Shown in pieces: positions 57,689-64,000 of a stretch of DNA of 64,000 bases (within the stretch, counting starts at the first letter, position 1; each line of letters starts with the position of its first letter). The position numbers were made by a program, and so were the translations under genes. The notes under the pieces were generated by a model. It saw nothing but the letters and a program-made list of their open reading frames with translations. It did no database searches and was not told the origin of the DNA. Origin of the DNA: Pseudomonadota bacterium (GTDB taxonomy: Archaea; Thermoplasmatota; SW-10-69-26; JACQPN01; JAJPHT01); contig JAJPHT010000029.1 in the NCBI GenBank assembly GCA_021325135.1, positions 160,001 through 224,000 on the forward strand, in the 5' to 3' direction.

Positions 57689-57991
57689 CTAGCCAAGCTC
57701 GCGCAGCCGGGCGCGCCCCAGCGCCACAAGCGTTTCGCGCAGCACGTCGGGCTCGCCGCCGGCCTGGGCGTAGTACGCGAAGCGCCGCGCCAGGGGCTCG
57801 TCCCCCACCACGTCGCGCAGCCACGGGACGAAGTGCTCGCGGTGGTAGCCGACGACAGTGGGCGTCGCGCGGGAGAGGGCCTCCACGAGGCCCGCGAGGC
57901 TGGAGGCCGTCTGGCCGTCGGAGAAGCGGAACGCCTCGGCGTCGGGCGCGTCGTCGCGCACGTGGCGGGGCGGGGGCTCGGGGATGCGCAT
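57689..57991 (-). CDS. DUF5752-like small protein
   Basis: AFRFSDG..A.SL..L..AL...YH..HF..WLRDVVGD..LA. Confidence 0.7.
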   Translation of the reverse strand: MRIPEPPPRHVRDDAPDAEAFRFSDGQTASSLAGLVEALSRATPTVVGYHREHFVPWLRDVVGDEPLARRFAYYAQAGGEPDVLRETLVALGRARLRELG

Positions 57992-58061
57992 GGGCGCGGA
58001 ACCGGCGAGGCGCGGATAAGCGCGTCGCCACCTTTTAGGGGGAGGGGGCGTTGCGGTCGCG

Positions 58062-58547
58062 ATGCGCGTCCTTCTGCCCATCCTCCTCGTCTCCGCGGCC
58101 GTCCTCGCGGGCTGCGCCAGCAACAGCGCCACGCCGCCCACCGCGGCCAACAACAGCACCGACATGACGCCCGCGCCCATGGCGATGGTCGCCACCATCG
58201 AGCTTGGCGAGAGCCCCACCGCGCCCGGCGGCCCCGCCGTGGGCCCCGGCAGCATGTACCTCACCCCCAAGGGGTTCGACGGCCTCACCGCGGGCATGAC
58301 CATCACCATCAACATCACCAACAAGGGGAGCGAGACGCACGACGTCGTCATCGACGGCACCGACTTCAAGAGCGGCGACATCGCGGCTGGCAAGTCGGTG
58401 ACCAAGACGTGGACGCCCACCAAGGACGGCACGTACACGGCCTACTGCGACAAGGGCGCGGGCGTTCCCGACCCCTCGGGGCAGAACCTCGGCACGCACC
58501 GCGGCAACGGCATGCAGGCGACGATCACGGTCAAGAAGGCGGCGTAA
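58062..58547 (+). CDS. Cupredoxin (type-1 copper) lipoprotein
   Basis: Lipobox LAGC; HDV...GTYTAYC...H...GMQATITV. Confidence 0.85.
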   Translation: MRVLLPILLVSAAVLAGCASNSATPPTAANNSTDMTPAPMAMVATIELGESPTAPGGPAVGPGSMYLTPKGFDGLTAGMTITINITNKGSETHDVVIDGTDFKSGDIAAGKSVTKTWTPTKDGTYTAYCDKGAGVPDPSGQNLGTHRGNGMQATITVKKAA

Positions 58548-58562
58548 AAAAAAAAACCTCAC

Positions 58563-58680
58563 CGTCGCGCGCGCCGCAGCGCGCGCAAAATGGGGGGTTT
58601 CAGGGGGGCTCGCCCCCCTGACGTGAAGTCCCGTTCCATTCGATGATGAGCCCTCAGGGGGTGGCTCCCCCAGAGCCCTT
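58563..58680. repeat. REP-like doublet element, copy 2
   Basis: Near-identical to 13115-13179, followed by an inverted partial unit; preceded by an A11 run (58546-58556). Confidence 0.85.
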
Positions 58681-59346
58681 TGTCCTGGCGCGGTGGAGGA
58701 GCGATTCCACCATGTCCACGAGCGCCCAGCCCACCACGGGGTCGTGGGTCTCCTGGGCCAGCGCGCTCTCCAGCGTGGCGCGTTCTTCGGGGCTCGCGGC
58801 CCAGGCCACGCTGCGGAAGGGGCGGCGCAGGGCGGGCGCCACGGCTTCGGGGGCGCCGGCGAGGAGGGCTTCGCGCGCGGCGCGGAGGCCTGCCCAGGCG
58901 GGGGCCGGCGGCGAGGCCGCAGGAGCGCCCTCTATGGCGTCGGCCCACTGGGCGAGCGCCTGCTCCAGGCCGCGCAGCACGGTTCGCGCCGCGGTGATGA
59001 GCGCGACCAGGCGGAACGCGTCCCCGTGGCCCGACTCCAGGTTGCGCAGCGCCAGTTGAAGCTGGAGGAGGATGCCTTCGCTCTCCGCCATGCGCTTCGC
59101 GAGCGACGCGTGCGCCCACGCTTCGCGTTGCACGGCCGACGGGTGGGCCAGGGCCGCGAGGTCGGGCGCTTCGCCTGCGCCTTGGCGCGCGGCGGCGATC
59201 TCGGCGGGCAGCGTCTCGCCCAGCGCGGCGAGCAGGCCGTCCACGGCCTCCAGCGTGCGCGCGCCCTCGCCACTGGAGAGCGCCTCGGCGTGCCGGTCCA
59301 GGAAGAGGCGCGTCGCGGCGGCGAGCTCCGAGGCGGGGCTGGTCAT
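58654..59346 (-). CDS. Hypothetical alpha-helical protein
   Basis: 230-aa Ala/Leu/Glu-rich ORF filling the gap. Confidence 0.6.
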   Translation of the reverse strand: MTSPASELAAATRLFLDRHAEALSSGEGARTLEAVDGLLAALGETLPAEIAAARQGAGEAPDLAALAHPSAVQREAWAHASLAKRMAESEGILLQLQLALRNLESGHGDAFRLVALITAARTVLRGLEQALAQWADAIEGAPAASPPAPAWAGLRAAREALLAGAPEAVAPALRRPFRSVAWAASPEERATLESALAQETHDPVVGWALVDMVESLLHRARTKGSGGATP

Positions 59347-59447
59347 CGGGGGCGCCAGGCCGGGAGGGGCGCTTGAGGGTTCGGGCCGCCTTCCCCCGGC
59401 GCAAGCATGATGAACCCCATCCCGGATGGCGCGCCCGAGGATTCCCC

Positions 59448-60383
59448 ATGACCAAGATCGGCTTCGTGGGCGCCGGCAAGATCGGCGCGAACGCTGTCTA
59501 CTCCACCCTCCACCGCGTCAAGGGCGTCAGCGAGGTCGCCATCGTCGACATCGTCGAGAACCTCGCGGTGGGCGAGGCCATGGACCTCAACACGGCGGCG
59601 GCGGGCCTGGGCCTCTCCACCAAGGTCGTGGGCGGCAGCGACTACGGCCTGCTGAAGGGCGCCGACGTGGTCGTCGTCTCCGCGGGCCTGGCGCGCAAGC
59701 CGGGCATGACGCGCGAGGACCTCCTCTCCAAGAACGCGGGCATCATCAGCGACATCACGCGCAAGGTCTTCGCCGCGGCGCCCGACACGCAGATGCAGAT
59801 CGTCTCGAACCCCGTGGACCCCCTCGTCTACAAGGCGTGGAAGGTCAGCGGCAAGGACCGCTCCAAGGTCTACGGCATGGGCGCGCTGCACGACAGCATG
59901 CGCCTCTGGGACGTGCTGCGCGACACGTACCACGCGCCCGTCTGGCACGACTCGTGGATCCTGGGCAACCACGGCGAGCAGATGTTCCCCGCCTCCTCGC
60001 TGGCCAACACCGGCGGCGCGCACGTGGACTGGAACGCCGCGAAGGAGGCCGTCCGCGGCCGCGCGGCCACCATCATCGAGAAGAAGGGCGCCACCTACTA
60101 CGCGCCCGGCATCGCCATCAGCCAGATGGTGCTCGCCGCCCTGGGCCAGGGTCCCAAGCAGTGCATCCCCGTCGTCAGCGTCCTCCAGGGCGAGTACGGC
60201 CTCAAGGACGTGGCCCTCGGCGTGCCCGCGATCCTCGGCCAGCGCGGCCTGGAGAAGGTCGTCGAGATGAAGCTCAGCGGCCCCGACCAGGACTGGATGA
60301 ACAGCGCCGCCAAGGCCATCCAGGACCAGATCGCGATGATCGAGCAGATGGAGAAGGCCGCCGCGTCGCAGCCCAAGGCGTGA
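59448..60383 (+). CDS. mdh: LDH-like malate dehydrogenase
   Basis: GAGKIG, SAGLARKPGMTREDL (Arg specificity residue), SNPVD, GNHG, KGATYYAP. Confidence 0.88.
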   Translation: MTKIGFVGAGKIGANAVYSTLHRVKGVSEVAIVDIVENLAVGEAMDLNTAAAGLGLSTKVVGGSDYGLLKGADVVVVSAGLARKPGMTREDLLSKNAGIISDITRKVFAAAPDTQMQIVSNPVDPLVYKAWKVSGKDRSKVYGMGALHDSMRLWDVLRDTYHAPVWHDSWILGNHGEQMFPASSLANTGGAHVDWNAAKEAVRGRAATIIEKKGATYYAPGIAISQMVLAALGQGPKQCIPVVSVLQGEYGLKDVALGVPAILGQRGLEKVVEMKLSGPDQDWMNSAAKAIQDQIAMIEQMEKAAASQPKA

Positions 60384-60387
60384 TCAC

Positions 60388-60395
60388 TTTTTTTT
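60388..60395 (+). terminator. Oligo-T terminator after mdh
   Basis: T8 run immediately after the stop codon. Confidence 0.6.
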
Positions 60396-60400
60396 CTCTG

Positions 60401-60481
60401 GGGGCTCCGCCCCCTTTCCCCCCGGGGAAACCCGAATCTCCGAATCTCAGAATCACATCCTGAGATTCGGAGATTCGCGGG
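60401..60481. repeat. REP-like hairpin plus 18-bp perfect inverted repeat of 8-nt units
   Basis: GGGGCTCCGCCCCCTTTCCCCC; CGAATCTCCGAATCTCAG (60433-60450) / CTGAGATTCGGAGATTCG (60460-60477). Confidence 0.8.
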
Positions 60482-60513
60482 TTTTTCCGCCGGAGGCGGC
60501 GCGATCGGCGATA

Positions 60514-61953
60514 TCAATCCAGCTTCGCCCGCGCCATCCACAGGTGCGCGTTGGTGGAGTGGCCGCCGCGCACCTCGTCCCCGGGCTCCGTGGAGGGCTG
60601 CGGCGCCTTGATCGCGCTCACGGCGAACGCGACGTGGACCCACCCGTCGCGCCATGCGATGCCAGGATAGTCCAGAAGCTCGCGGTCCTGGGGGCAGTCC
60701 GCGCCGCGGGGGCAGAAGGTGCCCACCTTCACGGGGAAGGGGCTCGCGCGCACGGGCTCGCCGGGGGTGGTGCCGTTGGTCGTGACGACGAGGGCCCAGG
60801 CGTCCCAGCGCGTGTCGGCGGGCGCCTGCTCGGGGCTCACGGCGGCGGGCGTGCCGTAGAATGCGATCACGGCGCGGCCGGGGCCCGCGGCGGCGATCCA
60901 GGGGAGGAGCGCGGTGCCGTTGGTCCAGCCCACCTGGCGCGGCGCGCTCCACGTGGCGGCGCCGTCGCGGCTCGCGCTGTACCAGAGCGTGCTGCCCCCG
61001 CCGGGCGTGCGCTGCATCCACGCGGCGTGGAGCGTGCCGTCGGGGCCGACGTCCATCTGCATGGGCCAGAGGCCGCCAACGCCCGTGGGGATCGTCGCGA
61101 CGGTGTGCGGCGTGAAGGTCTGCCCGTGGTCGCGGCTCGCGGCGACGACGACCGTGGCGGTGCCGTTCCACGGGTCGGCGTTGGGCGACTCGACCCAGGG
61201 GTAATAGAACGTGCCGTCCGGCGCGACGCGGGGGCGCGCGATGAAGGAGCCGCTCTGCGCGCTGTTGGGGTGGACGGTGCCCAGGGGGACCCAGGTGCGT
61301 CCCGAGTCGGTGGTGCGCGAAAGGAGCAGCCCATCGTCGGGCGCGGAGACGGGAAGCCCCACCGGGAGGGGCAGCCCGCCGCGCGCGAAGGCCAGGTACG
61401 CCTCCCCAGGGTCGCGGCCCGCGACGATGTACTGCCGGTCGTTGGCGGCGGGGCGCGCGACGGTGACGAAGTTGCCCGGGTCCCACGAGGCGCCGCCATC
61501 GTGGCTCGCCTCGGTGACGAAGCCGTTGTGGCCGGGCACGACGCCCGTGCCCGTGGGGTCGGGCGCGCTGGTGACCCAGAAGTCGGTGATGTAGACCGTG
61601 CCGTCGGGCCCCACGTCCACGTCGGTGTCGCAGGAGCAGAAGCTCGCGTTCTTGTCCTGCCCCTGGGGCGCGCGCAGCGTCTTGTAGGAGGCGCCGGAGT
61701 CGTCGCTGCGCCAGAGGCTCAATTCGCCGTGGGCGTAGTTGGGCTGGCTCACGACGCTGCCCACCGCGATGACCCACACCTTGCCGCCGGCCGCGGTCGC
61801 GACGTTGGGCTCCGCAGCAAGCTGGTCCCCCGGGAGGCGCAGCGCGGGCTCGAAGGCGAGGCCCGATCCCGGGGTGGAGGAGGAGGGGCCGGGCGCGGCG
61901 GGCTGCGCGCAGCCGGCCAGGAGGAGGATCGCCGCGAAGGCGAGGACGCGCAT
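60514..61953 (-). CDS. BNR/Asp-box (sialidase-like) beta-propeller lipoprotein
   Basis: Lipobox LAGC; Asp boxes SDDSGASY, SHDGGASW, TTDSGRTW, SRDHGQTF, SRDGAATW. Confidence 0.85.
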   Translation of the reverse strand: MRVLAFAAILLLAGCAQPAAPGPSSSTPGSGLAFEPALRLPGDQLAAEPNVATAAGGKVWVIAVGSVVSQPNYAHGELSLWRSDDSGASYKTLRAPQGQDKNASFCSCDTDVDVGPDGTVYITDFWVTSAPDPTGTGVVPGHNGFVTEASHDGGASWDPGNFVTVARPAANDRQYIVAGRDPGEAYLAFARGGLPLPVGLPVSAPDDGLLLSRTTDSGRTWVPLGTVHPNSAQSGSFIARPRVAPDGTFYYPWVESPNADPWNGTATVVVAASRDHGQTFTPHTVATIPTGVGGLWPMQMDVGPDGTLHAAWMQRTPGGGSTLWYSASRDGAATWSAPRQVGWTNGTALLPWIAAAGPGRAVIAFYGTPAAVSPEQAPADTRWDAWALVVTTNGTTPGEPVRASPFPVKVGTFCPRGADCPQDRELLDYPGIAWRDGWVHVAFAVSAIKAPQPSTEPGDEVRGGHSTNAHLWMARAKLD

Positions 61954-61979
61954 GGCGGGCGCAGCCGGGTCGCGGCGGA

Positions 61980-63377
61980 TCAGGCTTGCGCGGGAATGGG
62001 CACCCACGTCTCCTGGTCGCCCTTCCACGCGTAGCCGGAGTCGGGCTTGCGGGCCGCCAGCGCGCGCACGGCGTCGAGGAGCGCCTCCACGTCGGCGTCG
62101 TCGTTGTAGACGCCCAGGCTCGCGCGCACGGCGCCGGGCACCCCGGGCGCGGAGGTCGAGCCGCCGCGGCGGATCTCCTCGATGAAGGGGCCCGCGTGGA
62201 CGCCCAGCAATTCCATGAGGTAGGGGTGCGCGCAGAAGCAGCCGTGGCGCACCGCGACGCCGTGCTCCGCGTTGAGGGCGGTCGCCATGGCGGCGGGGCT
62301 CCACCTCCCCAGGCTGAAGGAGACGACGCCCACGCGCTCCTTGGCCGTGTGCGGGCCCAGCATGCGGACCTCGGGGATCTCCGAGAGGCCGCGCAGGAGC
62401 TTGGCGAAGAGGCGCATTTCCCGGCGCTCCGCCTCCTCCATGCCGACGCGCTCCAGGAAGTCCAGCGCGGCGGCGAACGCGACGGCGCCGGGCACGTTGG
62501 GCGTGCCGCCCTCGTGCCGGTCGGGGCTGTCGGCCCAGAGGATCTCCTCGTCGAGGACGAGCTTCACGGTCCCGCCGCCGGGCATCCACGGGGGCGCCTG
62601 GTCCAGGAGCGAGCGCTTGGCCACCAGCGCCGCGCTGCCCAGGGGCGCGTAGGCCTTGTGGCCCGCCGCGGCGAAGTAGTCGGGGCCGCCGCCGGGCAGG
62701 CGCGAGAAGTCCAGCTTCTCGTGGGCGAGGATCTGCGCGCCGTCCAGGAGCACGGGGACGCGGGCGTCCTGCGCATGCTCCAGCACCTCCTTGATGGGCG
62801 TCTTGACGCCCGTGACGTTGCTGGCGCAGGAGAGCGCCAGGAGGCGCGGCTTGGGGCGCTGGCGGAGGCGCTCCTCCAGCCGCTCCAGGTCGATGCGCCC
62901 CTCCTCGGTGACGCGGATCATCTCCACGCGGCCGTACCAGGGGGACGCCTCGCTGAACTGCACCTCGCCGCGGCTGCCGTGGCTCGCGTGGGGCAGGAGG
63001 TTGCTGTGGTGCTCCAGGCGCGTCGAGAGCACGGGCCCGTCGTGGAGCGAGCAGGCGACGTGGCTCGCCAGCGAGAGCGCCTGCGTCGTGTTCATGACGA
63101 AGACGGCCTCGCGGTCCGAGGGCGCGCCGACGAAGGACTTCACGCGCTCGCGGGCGTGCTCGAAGCGGTCCGTCGCGCGCTCGCTGAGGTGGTGCGCGCC
63201 GCGGTGCACGTTGGCGTAGGACGTGGTGAGGAAGTCCACCAGGGCGCGCACGACGGGCTCGGGGGCGTGCGTGCTCGCGGCGTGGTCGAAGAAGCGCAGC
63301 GCGTGGTCCTTCCCGTCGCGGCCCGGGATGCGCTCGCGCAGGATGGGGAACTCCCGGCGGATCGCCGCGACGTCCAT
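61980..63377 (-). CDS. Class V PLP aminotransferase / SufS-like cysteine desulfurase
   Basis: IRREFP, FDHAAST, YANVHRG, EHHSNLLP, DGAQ, GHKAYAP, EGGTPN, RHGCFCAHP, RASLGVYN. Confidence 0.9.
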   Translation of the reverse strand: MDVAAIRREFPILRERIPGRDGKDHALRFFDHAASTHAPEPVVRALVDFLTTSYANVHRGAHHLSERATDRFEHARERVKSFVGAPSDREAVFVMNTTQALSLASHVACSLHDGPVLSTRLEHHSNLLPHASHGSRGEVQFSEASPWYGRVEMIRVTEEGRIDLERLEERLRQRPKPRLLALSCASNVTGVKTPIKEVLEHAQDARVPVLLDGAQILAHEKLDFSRLPGGGPDYFAAAGHKAYAPLGSAALVAKRSLLDQAPPWMPGGGTVKLVLDEEILWADSPDRHEGGTPNVPGAVAFAAALDFLERVGMEEAERREMRLFAKLLRGLSEIPEVRMLGPHTAKERVGVVSFSLGRWSPAAMATALNAEHGVAVRHGCFCAHPYLMELLGVHAGPFIEEIRRGGSTSAPGVPGAVRASLGVYNDDADVEALLDAVRALAARKPDSGYAWKGDQETWVPIPAQA

Positions 63378-63482
63378 GCGTTGCCATGATCGATGGCTTG
63401 ATTTGGACCTTCCGCTGGGGCGCGAGGCGCGGACGAAAGCCCGAACCCTTATCCCCGAGGCCGCCGAAGAGAGAGGCGTCCC

Positions 63483-63995
63483 ATGGACGAGCGCGCCCGC
63501 TTCGACGCCCTCCTGGTCCTCCTGGAGGACCTGGTCGAGGCCAACGCGGAGACGCCCATCCTCGTCGAGGGGCAGCGCGACGTCGCGGCGCTGCGCGAGC
63601 TGGGCTGCCGGGGCGCGGTCATGACGATCCACTCGGGCGATCCCCTGCCCGACGTGGTGGAGCGCGTGGCGGAGCGGTGCCGCGCCGTGATCCTGCTCAC
63701 TGACTGGGACCGCAAGGGGGACCGCTTCTTCGACGAGTTCTCCAGCGCCCTCGCGCACCGCGGCGTGCGCTGCGACCGATCCTTCCGCGACAAGATCCCC
63801 GCCTACGCCCGCGCGGCGTTCAAGGACGTGGAGTCGCTCCCTTCGTTCGTCGCGCGGGGCCTCGCCCGCTGGCACGGCAAGGCGCTGGAGGAGCATCGCG
63901 CCTCGCTGGCGGAGGACCTCTCCCACCTGGCGGCGCGCCTCGCGGAGGAGTTCCCGCACCAGCCCCTGCCTGAGAAGCGCCGGCGCCACCGGTGA
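63483..63995 (+). CDS. Small Toprim-domain protein
   Basis: ILVEGQRDVAALRELG...VILLTDWDRKG...KDVESL. Confidence 0.88.
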   Translation: MDERARFDALLVLLEDLVEANAETPILVEGQRDVAALRELGCRGAVMTIHSGDPLPDVVERVAERCRAVILLTDWDRKGDRFFDEFSSALAHRGVRCDRSFRDKIPAYARAAFKDVESLPSFVARGLARWHGKALEEHRASLAEDLSHLAARLAEEFPHQPLPEKRRRHR

Positions 63996-64000
63996 GGGCC

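Overview
High-GC archaeal chromosomal window. Archaeal markers include L30e, short KH-only NusA, Csl4, RpoL, NMD3, DUF424, TATA promoters and many leaderless genes. The mix with UvrB, DnaJ, PurK and PGF-CTERM-like surface proteins suggests a high-GC Thermoplasmatota lineage (inference). Most of it is housekeeping and surface-protein genes plus three tRNAs: Pro-GGG, Ser-TGA and Gly-CCC. No rRNA, CRISPR array or IS transposase was seen. Main points of interest: (1) a compositionally foreign island at 48.0-52.1 kb. It holds a tightly coupled 4-gene operon (divergent dCTP deaminase, HIT hydrolase, half-length phosphorothioation-associated-type methyltransferase, stand-alone PPDK-N-like ATP-grasp) transcribed divergently from a CARF-like/wHTH regulator across a repeat array; this is a candidate undescribed nucleotide-centred defence or modification system. 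(2) Two convergent truncated large-serine-recombinase paralogues with a tandem-AbrB gene and a 12-bp-periodic CTAGT array. (3) A GATAKC motif that is dispersed through genes and also packed into two AT-rich intergenic arrays. (4) Hairpin/mini-ORF spacers inside operons and REP-like or periodic palindromes at convergent gene junctions. (5) Unannotated Cys-rich microproteins. All family calls come from motif recognition by eye; no searches were run.
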